Of a stretch of 64,000 nt of DNA, positions 12,936-26,528 are shown piece by piece. Source of the DNA: Camelus dromedarius. Its lineage: Eukaryota. The notes under the pieces were generated by a model that was not told the DNA's origin, did not search any database, and was given only the letters and a program-made list of their open reading frames with translations. The position numbers were made by a program, and so were the translations under genes. Every line of letters starts with the position of its first letter. Positions within the stretch are counted from its first letter, which is position 1. The stretch lies in assembly GCF_036321535.1 (NCBI RefSeq), contig NC_087437.1:61692001-61756000 (forward strand), read 5' to 3'.

Positions 12936-14687
12936 AAAACAGACACTACCATTAAAAGCCTTTGGCTCACAGTATTGTGGCAGCCATCAGAGCCTTATTA
13001 ACTCTAATTGGCTAACTACTTCTTTCCATTACTAAATCATGCTAAATCATTTGAATCATCTCTGAATTCAAATAACAAGTCCAAAAGTCTAGCTCTGAAG
13101 GCAGTTTGGGGATTTGGAAGTAAAGTTTGGTCTGCTATGAAAACCCACAAATATGCTGCATCAGTCCACAGACTTTGATCATGAAGAAAGTTCCAGACAC
13201 CACTGACAGGGTTAGAATGGTGGGTGATGGTGAAGGCAGATCTTTTCTTAGTGAGAATCTTAAAAGGAGTTCATACAACTGAAGATCTCGGGCCTATAAC
13301 CCACTGTTTCTAGGCTGGATCTTTGTTGCCTGCTCAGAAGATGAAAACACAGAATGCCACTTCAGTTCACTTATTACTATGACTTGATCATGATTTTACC
13401 ATCACAGACTGTAAGCATTTTATATCCTCCTCTGTTTCTACGCTGTCACCAAAGAAGGCCATACATTTGTACAGAACAGTAGTACAGGCAGGAATCAGAG
13501 TAATCAGAGGCCCACACCAACAGCATTAAAACTAGATGCCTTCAACTTGGCACAGTGTAATTGCAGAACAGTGTTGTATAACCTTATAAACAGTGAACAT
13601 GATGTAGTACCTTCTGTTTTCCATATGTACCATGCAAACAGTAGCATAAGAACAAAAGAGTGGTGTATCAGAGAAAGTATACTTTAAGGCAAAGAGTACT
13701 ACCACACATAGGAATATTTTATAATAAGAGTCAATTCATCAAGAAGACTTAATAAAATCTTCAAACATGTTTTCCTGTTCCTTCTGCCTAAAACATTCTT
13801 CTCCTCCTCTTCGCCTGGATAACTTGTAGATATCTTCTAAGTTTCAGCTGAAATAGTTTCTACAGCAGTCCTTCCTTGACTAAGTTAAAGCTCCTTCCTC
13901 TATGCATCCATAGCCCCCTGTACTTCGCTCTAACATGTAACATACATGTCATTTTTTTAAACTCTGTGTATGTGTGAAAAAAAAGAGGTGCACAAAAATA
14001 AATGTATATCTCAGTTATCATAAACTAAACCCCCCAGAACAACCTCCCAGGATAAGAAACAGGATTGACATGAACTCCTCCTTACATCCTTTCTCAATCA
14101 CTACTCTCACTCTTCCCCAAAACTATCTACTATCCTTAATTTTATAGTAATTTTCTATATAGTTTTATAATCTAAACATTTATCCTTAAATATTACAGTT
14201 TAGTTTTTTGAACTTTCTAAAAATGGAATCGTGCAGTATGTCTTTTTTTGTGCCTGGACTGTTTTGCTCTACATTAAACTTGTGATGTGGTAGCTATGGC
14301 TCATTGATTTTTTAACTTTAGTATTCTACTGAATATCATAATGTACGATAACCCTTTTGGTTTTTTCCATTTATAGCTATCACAGATAATGCTTTTTTGA
14401 TCACTTTTGTACATGCACACAGATTCGATTGAGTACAGCTGCTGGGGAATTGGGTATGCCTAGTAACTAATATGCTTTGTTAGACTTTTTCCAGAGTGGT
14501 AGTACCAATATAAATGCTCAGTATTAGTGGATTAGAGTTCTCATTATACCACATTGTCACCATTTGGTATTATAAATTAATACCAAATATAATATTAATA
14601 TACCAAAAGTAGTTAACCTAATGGAAAGATAATTGTGTCTCCTTGTGGTTTCAATTTGCATTTCCCTGATGACAAATGAGCTTAAAT

Positions 14688-14727
14688 ATATATGTATATG
14701 TATGTGTGTGTGTCTGTGTGTGTGTGT
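14688..14727. repeat. Imperfect (TA)/(TG)n microsatellite
   Basis: Seen directly. Confidence 0.85.
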
Positions 14728-15476
14728 ATTCAATTTCTTTTTCTAAGTCTACTGCTGATGTATAGAAAAGATAAGTTAATTTTTATATATTGACCTTGGT
14801 TTTCTTTCTTTTTCCCCCCATTAGTTTCATGAAAATACTACTCTACTGTTATCTGACTTTGTATGCTGATATTTGGAAGTCTAATAGCAACCTGATATTT
14901 TTACTTTGTGACTGTGTCATTTTGCCTGGGGACTCAGTAAGAAGCTCATAAGGAAGTTGCTCCCTCATATTCCAGTGATCTCCACAGACACTTTCACACA
15001 CACAGACCTGCCTGGCATCCTAATTCCTGGCATCATTTTCTGACTCACAGGTCTCTAGTATCCATGTACTTCCTGTCTTCTTGTTTTCCAACCTTGATTT
15101 GACCACTGGTTTTTTAGTAACTCTGGGGATTTAACTTGATTTCATCTTGATAGCTGTTTTTTTGTTCAAGATTTGTCTTAGATCTTCTAGTCTTGGTTTA
15201 CCTATTCCTTTGCTAATGATCAAAATATGAGTGATATTCTACTTTTGTTTTACTGTGCCTGCATGTAACAGCTGAGACTGTAATCCAGGAAGGTAAGTTT
15301 CACAAGAAAGTGTTACCTGTTGTCTGGAAAATTTATTGTCAATAAATCTTTAAAGAAAGAGAAAAGTAGCTGTCATGGTAGCAGGGGGGTGTTAACTGGC
15401 AGAGTGCCAAAGCTGAGGTTTCTTCTGATACTATTTGGTTTGGTGCATTAAAAGGAAATTAATATAAGTATCTTCT

Positions 15477-15618
15477 TTTCTGTTTGTTTGTTGTTTTTGA
15501 GGGGAGAGGTAATTAGGTTTATTCATTTATTTATTTTTAGAGGAGGTACTGGGGATTGAACCTAGGACATTGTGCATGCTAAGTATGCACTCTACTGCTT
15601 GAGCTATACCCTCTCCCC
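15477..15618 (-). mobile_element. tRNA-derived SINE (Vic-1-like)
   Basis: Reverse complement of the 12797 family; TSD TAAGTATCTTCT (15465, 15619). Confidence 0.88.
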
Positions 15619-16693
15619 TAAGTATCTTCTATTTTAACAGTCAAGGCATGCAAGAGAAATGTTTAAGTAATAGTAGAGCTTTTGAGGGGAAAAAAGCTAA
15701 GAAACTTCTGGAAAAGTCTATTCATTAGAGAGAAAACCTAAATGCACACCAATTTTTATGAAGCTTTGGGGGGGTATGGCACAGAAATGGTTTTCAAAAA
15801 ATGTAAGCTATAAACAAAGGTAATAGGGATAATAAGGTAAAATCAATACCAAATGTATTTTAAAAATGATAATAGAAAATAAGAAAAGATGTTAAGCAAT
15901 TTGTTCAGAATACCTAAAGATAATGTCACAGAAGAAAGGCTTTTTCAGACAATATTTTCCAAATATATTTTTCAAATATTCCTCCAACTTCTATGTAGGG
16001 AGTAATAAAGATTCCCTAATCTGAAGCATACATTTGTCCAAATAACTAGGCGGTGAAAAGCTGTTATTAGGCTATACTTTGTAACTTTCTAAACTGCTAA
16101 TAGTGTTAGTTATCCTAATAGTACTAATTTCTAACTGCTTACATTGTAGCCCAAACATTATTTTGCAAGTCGCTTAAAATTTAGGATGCATTTTCTTATA
16201 GAAGTAAATTGGATATAAAGTTAGGTTGTAAAGACCATAAAAACTCAGTAAATCCACTCTGTACTTCAAATACAATACAAATGACATTATTAACCCTAAC
16301 CATCCCATATAAGGAGGTTTGTAATGTGCTTAACGTCCTACCTAGGACTACAGCCTCCCATCTGGGATCTCGGCACGTGGGAGGCTGCCTGAGACAAGGT
16401 CTCCTGAAGGGAAGGGGTGGGCGATGTGGCTGGATGGGTTGGGAGGGATAAGAACAGACTAAGAACTCCAGAAGGTTGGAGTCTCCCAGAGTTCTATTCT
16501 GGACATATTTGTATATTCCAGGCCAAATATCTAGTTACTCTCCTTATATTTTCAATAGTAAAGGCACCCTAGGATAAACAACAATTTCTTATACATAACT
16601 TTTTTTTTTTTTTTTTTGGTGGAAAAGAATGACTTCTATTTAGTTGTTTTGTTTTAGCTCAGTAACTTTTGGTGTTGCCCAGATAATTCTTAC

Positions 16694-16775
16694 CTGTACT
16701 TCAACTTGCCGTTCTTTTTTGACATTAAGTAGCTGTTTTTGAAGAGCTTTTATCTTTTTCCTTCCACTTTCCTCC
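16694..16775 (-). CDS. IQCG: IQCG coding exon ([27 protein letters not shown])
   Basis: Hand translation; cttctag acceptor, gtaaga donor; 82 nt. Confidence 0.95.
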
Positions 16776-16805
16776 CTAGAAGAATAAGAATAATGGGTGT
16801 TTAGA

Positions 16806-16985
16806 TCAGTGCTTCTCAAAATTCAGTGTGCACAAGGATGTCCTCAAGGTTAAAAAATGATTCCTGGGTTCTACCCCAGAGATCCTGATCCAGTCAGTCT
16901 GGGATGGACCCTGGAATCTGCATCTCTAACAAGTTCCCAGGTGATGCTAATGGTGCTGGTCCGTGGAGCACACTTTCTGTAACTT
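16806..16985. mobile_element. MER5A-like hAT DNA transposon relic
   Basis: cagtgcttctcaaa...tctaacaagttcccaggtgatgct motifs; similar copy at 35707-35890. Confidence 0.7.
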
Positions 16986-17213
16986 TAAAAAAGACTGATT
17001 TGTTTTAGCAAATTGGAGGAGGATTTTCTGGCTTATTGGTGTTGTATCTAAAATAGCTGCTGCTGAAAAAGCTAAGAGGAAGAGAAAAAGGAATGGGCAA
17101 AAGAGGAATCCTTGCTATTCTGAGCACCTCTCAATAACTTCATGAAGCAGTCTCCACCATTACCCCTATTTTACAGACGAGGAAAATGTGCGTGGAGAGC
17201 GGCAGTAACTTGC

Positions 17214-17633
17214 TGTGGAGGATGTGAGAACGTGCCTCATAGGCCTCCAACTACAGGGAATGTAAGCAAACAAGGGTCCCAGCTCTAGGCTCTGAACTTC
17301 TTCACTGTGTATGCTCTGAGGCCACACTTCCCACTCACAGATCCCAGCCAGTTTTTGAGTGCAACAGTGATAAGGCAGTCCCTTCCTGGGAGATCCGGGA
17401 CTTCCCTGGTGATTGACTTCGGCTCAAGGGCTCCCTGATGACCTTGCCAAACCATCCTTAGACTGCAGGGCAGTCTCTTCCACCCATCCTTCCCTCTCCT
17501 TCACTTAAGGTCAGTCCAGCAGTGAGTCCAAAGGCTCCCTCCCCATTTTCTCTCACATAGGTGTTTCCCTGATAAAATCTTTGCCTTGATAATCTCATCT
17601 TGGCATCTATCTCTCAGAAGACAGACTATCACA
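17214..17633 (+). mobile_element. Solo LTR (LTR16-like, ERVL) inserted into a MIR
   Basis: TG...CA termini, 5-bp TSD CTTGC on both sides; MIR core (attttacagacgaggaaa...gtaacttgc) is split by it. Confidence 0.75.
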
Positions 17634-17822
17634 CTTGCCATGGCCGCACAAATAGTAAATGGCAGAGGAGCATTCAAACTCAGTACTGTCTGAATGGGAA
17701 CTTAACTACTTAATGTTGTTTCTGTTTGCTCTCAGAAACAGATTGCTGCTTATCTCCAGCAATCCATTATTTAGGTTTAAAATGAAGTAACAGAAGACTG
17801 CAAGAAAAAACAAAATGAGAAC

Positions 17823-18177
17823 TGTCTTGGCTCGGCCTGCTATTAAAAAAATATCATAGATTGGGTGGCTTATAAACAAAGAAACTGATTTCTCACACTT
17901 CTGGAGGCTGTGAAGATCCAGGTGCTAGCAGATTCAGTGTCTGGTAAGGACTTGCTTCTTGGTTCACAAATGGCCATTTTCATTGTGTCTTTACATGACA
18001 GAAGGGGAGCGGGGGCTTTCCTGGTTCTCTCTTATAAGGGCACTAATCCCATTGGCAAGAGCTCCACCTTCAAGACCTTCCAAAGGTCCCACCTCCTAAT
18101 ACTGTCACATTGGGGGTTAGGATTTTAAAAAATTAAGGTTGTGGAGGGAGGGGGCACAAATATTCAGTCTATAGCAA
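17823..18177 (-). mobile_element. MaLR LTR (MLT1A/B-like)
   Basis: gggtggcttataaac...tttctcacacttctggaggc motifs; reverse complement of 41815-42164. Confidence 0.75.
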
Positions 18178-18543
18178 CAACAACAACAAAAAAAACCTTA
18201 TCACTAAATTGCAGCTAGAGAAATATTGCTACTCAGGAATTTTTAGAAAACATGAATTTAACTAGAATCTTGAGATTGTCATTGCCAAAACACAACTATA
18301 GATTATACACTACCCAATTGTAGTACATATATTGTACTTTATATATTGTAGACACAAACAACTGAAGCCCAGAAATTGAGTTACTGTTCCCGCAGAGCTA
18401 GGAATAGAACCCAAATTTCTGACTTCTAGTTATCTTCCCTAGAAAACACAAACTTGATTTGCTTTAGAAATTAAAGACTTCCAGTGAGAGTTTTACAGCA
18501 CTTTAAAATACAACAAAGCAAATAAACCTAAAATTACTCTGAC

Positions 18544-18672
18544 CTGGCAATGATATCATAGAAATGCATTTTGTTTTCCCTCTCTTTGCCCAAAGCTTTC
18601 AGAAGATTGATGAAAGTGCCTGAATTTTGCAACTCCTGCATGGTCTCAGTGATTACATCACTGAAAAATTGC
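18544..18672 (-). CDS. IQCG: IQCG coding exon ([14 protein letters not shown]...[10 protein letters not shown])
   Basis: Hand translation of minus strand; ccttatag acceptor, gtcaga donor; 129 nt. Confidence 0.95.
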
Positions 18673-20315
18673 CTATAAGGAGAAACAAAAAGGTTGAATC
18701 AATAACATATATTTCCATGTATTCACAAAGGGCTACAGAAGTCATACAAGACCCAGAAGGAACATCATAACTAAGTTGGAATTATTCTTGATGCAAAAAT
18801 AAGTTTAGTATTAGAAAATCTGTTAATGGAATTCATCAAATTAATAAAGACAAAAGGCTAAAAAAAAAAGCCATATGATCATCACATCATTTAAAAACAA
18901 ACAAGAAAAACTCTTAGCAAACTAGAAATAAAAAGAGAAATTCCTAACCTGAAAAAAGTTTACATACCAAGGACTAACAGACCTGGAATATACAGTATGA
19001 AACTATGGGTACAACATTTAAGAACATGTAAAACTATATGTACTGTTTAAATAAAACAGTATATAGCTAATAAAAGTATCACAGCATGCAAGAGAATAAT
19101 AAACAACAAATTCAAAAAAAATCTTTGTGGGAAGAGTGAGGGGACAAGGATCAGAGGCTTCAATTATATCTAAAGTATTTTATTTAGGGAAAATAAGCTC
19201 TAAAGCAATCATGGTAAAATGTTGAGATTTGGTGGTTACATACATAAATATTCATTATTTTATTCTTTATATTTTTCTTTTTTTGAAATATTTCATAATA
19301 TTGAAAAAGTTAAATCACTTAATTTTTTTTTTCTTTAAGAGCTAATACAACACATTTTAGAGATGAGTAAACCCAGGCTCAGGAAGGTTAAATGACTTGC
19401 CCAAGGTCACAAAACCAGTTTGAGAAAGAGCTAGAACTATTTAATCCAGGTTTCCTGACCCCTAGTCCTTTACTCTTTATGTATTCTCCTAGGTAGAGAG
19501 AATTTTTAAAACTGCTACTTAAATGTTTTGATATGGAATCAGCAAGAATTACACTTTACTATTTTACGTAATAATTTATTTCCAATGGTTCACACAAAAA
19601 GATTCAATAACTATATTAAGAAAAAAGTACAATGAAGTCAAGAGATCAATTGATAAAATATGATCCAACATACTGGGAATGAAAGGACATTAACTAGATT
19701 GGACAGTTTATAAACAGGACCCTGTTCTATCATGTATGCAAATCTGGGTCAGATTGATTTTAACAAGAGATATTGCCCTTCTGGTGAGGGTCTAAAGCAG
19801 AGGTAAGCAGACAAATAGTATATGTTTTTGGTTTTGCAGATCATAAACTCTGTTGCAACTACTCGAGTCTACTGTTGCAGCATGAAAGCAGTCATAGACG
19901 ATATGTAAACAAATGGGCAATGCTGTATTCAATAAAACTTTTATTTTCAAAAATAGACTACAGGCTGGATCTGGCTAGTGGCTCTGGATAATTGCTATAA
20001 ACTCTTATTTTCCAAGAATTCTTACCATAAGGGTATATCCTCTTTTAAACTTTAACAGACTTTGTCAGCAAGCCAGGTGACAACAAAAAACTGAATAATG
20101 AGACAATGCAAATTAAGATTGCCTTTAAGAAGCCTTTAGGATTAAAACATAGTTTAAAATTTGGCTACTCTGGTGGTATCTATCCCTTATTAATGGAGAA
20201 AGCATCATAATAGCTACCAATTTGTGCCAGGCACTTGGCTGAAGATGTCTTACTAATCCTCACACTAATGTTGCAAAGTTACTATTATTTTCATTTTTAA
20301 AAATTGGAAACAAAG

Positions 20316-20412
20316 AGGGCTGCTGGGTATAGCTCAGTGGTAGAGGGCATGCTTAGCACGAAAGATGTACTGGGTTTAATCCCCAGTACCTCCATTAAAA
20401 AAAAAAAAAAAG
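20316..20412 (+). mobile_element. tRNA-derived SINE, short variant with poly(A)
   Basis: GGGTATAGCTCAGTGGTAGAG...CCCCAGTACCTCC followed by an A run; TSD GGAAACAAAG. Confidence 0.82.
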
Positions 20413-20629
20413 GAAACAAAGTCTCAGTAACTTGCCCAATCATGTAGCCACCATACTTTCAATTATACCACTCTTGCCCTGGGCAATCTTTGGCTAATCC
20501 TATTATCAGCAGTCACTTGGATACAATGACCAATCTATGAGAGAAGAGAGCAGTCAGCCACTCTTGCATCCACTCTTCATCCATCTAGAGATACATTATC
20601 ACATTTCCAAGTATGCTCTCCTTCCTTAC

Positions 20630-20853
20630 CTATCAATTTGAATTTTCTTCAGTGTCTCTGTACTCATTATGATCTGCCCTGTAGGTCTTCTGAAGATAAG
20701 ATCTTGCACTTTGTTAAATTGGCCTCCTTGTCTGATTTCTGGCAACTTGAGTTCTTCTTTATGTAAGAATGGATTGGGTACTTTTGAGGTTTTTGAGACA
20801 ACTGGAAGTTTTTCTAAGTTTTTTACTTCTAAATGCATTTCTTTGTTATTCTT
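20630..20853 (-). CDS. IQCG: IQCG coding exon ([10 protein letters not shown]...LKKIQIDR)
   Basis: ORF 20626..20838; tttttag acceptor, gtaagg donor; 224 nt, phase consistent. Confidence 0.95.
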
Positions 20854-21344
20854 CTAAAAACAATAAATGATGTTTTACATTAAGACAGTTTTAAAAAGTA
20901 AAGAAACAACGCTATATGAGGGCCCTTGCCTACATTTTGAACCCAATCTTCTCCCTCTTGTAATATTACTACCACAAAATTACCCTTTTCTTCAGCCATA
21001 TCAAACTACATGCCCTGCTGTTTTGTGTCTTCTTGCCTTTAGACAACATCCCCTCCATCATTCCCCAACATGGTAGACTTTAAGACTATGACCAAAGGTA
21101 AAAATCTCTGTGAAACATCTCTATTAGCAGACATTTACCATCTGTAACTATTTGTAAAAATATCACCATTAGATTGTAAACTCTATGAAGGAAGGGACTA
21201 TCTCTTAGAGATCTTGGTTCACCTTAAATTCTTTCTGCAACAAAACTGGATAGTAAATCAATGTGACCACCTTTATAATCCCATTGGAAAACGTCTATAG
21301 TATAGTAAAGATTCAAATGTTCATTGAACACATGAATTTGAAAT

Positions 21345-21657
21345 ATAGTCATTCCTTGGTATCTGTGGGGGATTGGTTCCAGAATTCCCCCTAACCCTCA
21401 AGGAGACCAAAATCCACAGACGCCCAAGTCCCTTATATAAAATGGCATAGTATTTGCATATAATATACACATCCTCTCCTATACTTCTCTAGATTACTTA
21501 TACTACCTAATACAATGTAAATACTATGTAAATAGCTCCAAGCATACAGCAAATTCAAGTTTTGCCTTTTGGAAATTTCTAGAATTTTTTTTTGGAATAT
21601 TTTCAATCCACAGTTGTTTGAATCTACAGATGTGGAACCTGCAGATATGAGAGACCC
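21345..21657. mobile_element. MER2-like Tigger DNA transposon relic
   Basis: ccttggtatctgtgggggattggttccag...caagtcccttatataaaatggcatagtatttgcatataa. Confidence 0.7.
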
Positions 21658-22882
21658 TTATATAAAGAATGAAAGGAGAATCATACCAAAGAGTAGGAGC
21701 TAATAGTATATTTAGTGGGGTGGTATAGATTTTGAAGTTCATGTGGGGAAAAGCCAAAATAATTAATTTTTTCAGACCCAAACTTGAATAGTAAGGAGTA
21801 AGCATTATCATAGGAACAGGATATGTCTTTTTAATTTATGATTCCTATTTAATCTGTGGCTAAAATCTTGAGCCAATGGGAAGCCATATAACACAGTGAT
21901 TATGCTATGCAAATAGACTCTGAAGCCAGACTTCCTTGTTTAAATCCTGGCCCTAGCTGTTACTAAGCCACATTGACTTTAGGCAACTAACATTTCTATG
22001 CCTCCATTTTCCCATTGCCCTCATGTATTTATTATGAGGATTAAATAAATAAATAAAGCATTTAGAACAGCACACAAAGCTATGTAAGTTCTTCATTTTA
22101 TATAATTTCTGAAATTCTTGTGCCGATCCTATGCACAGAAGAAAAGTTTACATGCATATTGCTATATAAAGCCTAGGTCTTCCTTAGCCAAACTTCAATT
22201 AGCCCAGACATGTTAAAAAACTATCCATATAGGTTAATAAACACAGACCTAATAGTATTTTTCCTTATATCAACAGTAAGCAAAGATTCAGATCTGGGGA
22301 AAACATTCATAAGGCAAGTACAAAACAAAATGCTGCCTTAAATAAGAACTAAATTTTAAAATACTTCTTTAAATTAAAATTGGTATGATCGACTACAAAG
22401 AGAACAGAAGCCATAGAATTTCAACAATTAAACTGAAACTTAAGTTTAAGTATGTGGTTGGTTATTACTTTAGATGTTGTCTAGGGAAGGAATGAGAAAT
22501 GTAAGGCCTGAAAAGGTTGGTTTTCCTGACTGCCATGAGCATTGTTCCTCTACCTTTGTGCTTGGGCATCTGGAAAAGGAAGCAAATGTGTCTAACAGCC
22601 CGATTTCTATTACTAGAAATAAATACAAAATTTTAGAAGAGAACTTAAAGGAACTAGCTAAATATTCTAGTCCATTCACTCCCTTGTATGGTAGGGTATT
22701 AAACCCTAAGGGAAAAGATAAGAACAACAGTATACTCTACAAGGGAATTCTTCCAAACTTTGGATCAATTACTCCCACTTCTGGCAGAACTTGGTACATA
22801 AGTATATTTTTCATCATTCCATCCCATGATTCTACTAAATGAAGATCTATTTGGAACTATCTTTAACTATAAAAATGGCTGT

Positions 22883-23388
22883 GTCTCTGTCGTCTCCGTC
22901 ACCAACATGCCACCCAGACTAAGGAAGACACGGAAACTTAGGGGCACGTGAGCCACAGCCACCCCCCCCCCCCGCATCATAAACACCGGAAGCACCTGGG
23001 AGGCGTGCCGGTGGCCTGCGTCACCACAGCACAAACATCAGCATCACCTCGGACACTTTGGGGAAATTAGTAAGAAGCATCACCCCTTAAAGAAACAGAG
23101 CTTCTGCCCAACTGTCAACCTTGACAAACTGTGGACCCTGGTCAGGGAGCAATCACGGCTGACTGCAGCCAAGAACCAGACTGGAGCGGCTCCTATCTTT
23201 GACGTGGTGTGATCGACATCCTACAAAGTTCTAGGGAAGGTGAAGCGTCCAGGACAGCCAATTATCATGTAAGACCAGATTCTTCAGCAGGAGAGCTGAG
23301 CCAATTAAGGGTGTGGGTGAAGCCACGTGGTGGGAGATTCATTAAATGTTATCAAGTGCTTTTCAAAAAAAAGAAAAAAGAAAAAAGA
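22883..23388 (+). pseudogene. RPL27A: Processed pseudogene of ribosomal protein L27a, antisense in an IQCG intron
   Basis: ATG at 22907 gives MPPRLRKTRKLRG; later [16 protein letters not shown]; intronless with frameshifts and deletions; ATTAAA at 23341, A-rich tail, TSD-like AAAAA(T)GGCTGT at 22871 and 23389. Confidence 0.9.
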
Positions 23389-25205
23389 AAAAAGGCTGTT
23401 AAAGAGGGATAATGCTAACGAAACTGTGATCTCAAGGTGGTTGTTATGTGTTATTTGTTATGTGAAGCTTTTGGGGAGAGAAAACATCCACATATATACT
23501 ATGCCCTGTAGGGCAATGGTATTGTAAAAATTCATGAGTTAGAACAACTATAGTACTATAATGTAAAAAATAAAAAATTATTTTAAGAGATTCAAAATTT
23601 TTAAAAGTTATAGAACTAACATTGAGAAAGGGGCTTCTAAGCTGCTATTAATCAAAATAAGAGTGCAAGCCTTTACTATTTATATGCTTCTATAAAATCA
23701 TAAGCAGGGCATCTGTTAACTCAGAAATTTTTGGGGGTGAAGATCACTACCATAAACCAGAATAAAACTGCAAAAGTTTTGTTCTTTTAGTTAAGGAGTG
23801 GTGACCACTGCTGAATGCTGTTTATAAATTTGGGTTTTTCATTCTCTGTCGAGTTTCTATAATGGCAAGTTACCCTTTTTTAAGCCTGACAGTAAATATC
23901 ATTGATAAAATTTTACCTTGTTAACTGAGTATCTTCCCTTTTTATTTTTGAATCTTACTGAAGACGACAATAGGAATGAAACACTAGTGTCTTCTGTACT
24001 ATTTGTTAACTAGCTTAATTTAAGAATTATACTCATTTCAAATGCATTGGAAGGCTTAGTTCTTGGGTTTCCAATATCTTTGCTTTTCATAAGTTAATGA
24101 GGAAATTAATTTGTTGTAAGATTCCTATAATACCCATTAATATTTTAAAACTACCCCTGAACTCATAGAACATTAGCATTGGAAGGGACCATATAGATCA
24201 TTCAGTTAAAACTCCATCACAACTTACAAATGAGAAAACTAAGACCGTGAAAGTGAAATGAATTGCTCACAGCACACAACTAAAACCATAAAGGTCTCCT
24301 AAATCCAAATACAGTTTTCTATTAAAATTTTGTATAAGCTTTTAAAACTTTAATAAAAGCTTTATGAACCCAGGTTATACAAATAGTAATAGTAATAATA
24401 ATAATTTTAAATTGTAAAGGGCAATTAAAGGCAAATTTAATTTCTGTTCACAATAAATATGGATTTCTTTTGTTAGGCATGAAAAGCAATTTATGCTCTC
24501 ATTTATTTAGCAATTTTCATTTATCATAGAATCAGAAATAAGAATATCTTTTGTACAAATTGTATAATTTTGTTAAACTTAATAAATACGTATTTGTATT
24601 TATAAATTTTCTATTTTATATCTACAACTTAAGTTACTAAAATTTGTAAGAGGTTAAGGATTTATAAAGATTTTGCTAATCACCAAGTTGAGTTTTTAAT
24701 AGCTCAGTGGTGCTTTGAGGAGTCCATAACATCATTGAAAATGTCATGGCTGACATGATGATGTGGCTGGATAATCAAAAAGGTAGGTTACAACATATTT
24801 AGCAACAACAAAGTCATTTTAGATGAAAGCAACATTGAGAGGGTCCAGTTGAATTTCCTTCCCCTACTGTTCAGTTAGCTTTTAGCAGCTGAGAAATACA
24901 AAGTGAGACAACTCAATTACTCTTCTGATCTCCTCAGTATATATGTAGTATTTATACTGATTTATCTATAGGCCTTTTTGAATAATGCCAATGTAGTGGA
25001 AGAAAAAGATATTCTGACTGGTAACATACCTTGAGCTATAGTTCACTCCATTAACTGAGAGTACATATCTCAGATAATTACTGTAGCCCTTCATCTGATA
25101 TGAAGGTGCCATTTCCCAAGTTAAGTGTAATGGCATATGTACTGAAAATGATGGAGAAATAAAAAGGAAAGAAAGAAAAAATTAAATGATGGCTAGTGTA
25201 TATAC

Positions 25206-25473
25206 CATGTTGATGCTTTGTCTCTTTTCATACTGAACTGTAATGATATAGTTTAGAATAGAGAGCTGATCTATGGTGTCCTCCAGAACTGCAGAGATCC
25301 TTAGCACATCTAGGATGGAGAGTGGCTTTGTGATTTCTGGGATGATTTCTATGTCTGTTTCTCTGGCTGTCTCTTCATGTTCTTCTGTAGCAGTAGGTGG
25401 TTCACCTGTTACTGACAATGTCACCTCAGATTGCCAGACTTTTGGAGGAAGATTTGAGGCTTCCAGTTGGCCT
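25206..25473 (-). CDS. IQCG: IQCG coding exon ([13 protein letters not shown]...EKRQSINM)
   Basis: ORF 25182..25424 resembles IQCG ([22 protein letters not shown]); tttag acceptor, gtatat donor; 268 nt. Confidence 0.95.
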
Positions 25474-25824
25474 CTAAAGAAAGAATAAAGAAAAAAAATA
25501 AGTCAGCTACCAAATGTTTAAAAATTACTTAAACTCAAAAGCACAGACAGCATGTGCATTGGCTCCTGAGAAGTCCATGTTGTCATATAATACAACCACA
25601 ATAAGGAACAAAAGTAGTTTGCTTGTTTGTATATGTTTCTGCTAAATACTTCCCAGGGACATTCTGACCTCCCAAAGGCCAGCAACTTACTAGTTTAATA
25701 AAGATATGTAGCCCAGGATATTTGGCCATGCTTAACCCACTTGAGCTTGAGCCAAAATAAACTTTTTTCTAGCAACATCTTTAGATACTAAAGAAAATTT
25801 TTTCATGATTAGTGAAAAATGGAA

Positions 25825-26314
25825 TGTAGTAGCCACTCTCCAAGGTGGCCCACATGATTCTCACCTTCTTGTATTCATACCCTTTTGTAGTCTTACACAC
25901 ATTGAATAGGACTAACCTATGTAACCAAAAGGATACTGTGGTTTCTAAGGCTAGGTGATTTTGATACACTAAAGCTTCTCCATTACTCCCTCATATCTCT
26001 CACTCTGTGGGAAGCCAGCTGCCTGTCACAAGGATACTTAAGAAGCCCTGTGAAGAGGTTCTTGAGGGTGAGGAACTAAGGCCCCTCGTCAACAGTCAGC
26101 ATCAATTTGCCAGTTCTGTAAATGAGCCATCATGGAAGTGGACCCTCTAACCCCAGTGAAGTCTTCAGATGATTTGGCCAGCTTCAACTTATGAGAGACT
26201 CCAAAACAGAACCATCCAATTAATCTGCTCCCAAATTCCTGACCCACAAAACTGTAAAATGATAAATGCTTATAATTTGTCACTAAGTTACACAGCCACA
26301 GGTAAATAATATAC
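25825..26314 (+). mobile_element. MaLR LTR (MLT1E/F-like)
   Basis: TG...CA termini with typical gaggaactaaggcc and ccccagtgaagtcttcagatga blocks. Confidence 0.65.
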
Positions 26315-26378
26315 AGAAATTTAACATAAGGCATTATATATATACATATATATAAAATAAATTAGAATTTGAACATAC

Positions 26379-26386
26379 TCTTCCAT
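26379..26386 (-). CDS. IQCG: IQCG (DRC9) first coding segment (ATG GAA GA); whole exon approx. 26379-26445 including 5'UTR
   Basis: Minus strand ATGGAAGA|gtatgt; phase joins the next exon to give [16 protein letters not shown], like the human IQCG N-terminus ([16 protein letters not shown]); acceptor tttag ends at 26446. Confidence 0.85.
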
Positions 26387-26528
26387 TCTTCTTTAGTTTT
26401 TTAAATCTCCATGGTACATTTATAATTTCACAATAATGCAATCACCTAAAGTGGGAAGAAAACATTGAGATTAGTTCAAGGGAGAGTTGAATGACATTCT
26501 ATAACGTTTCATTAAGAGAAGATGAAAG

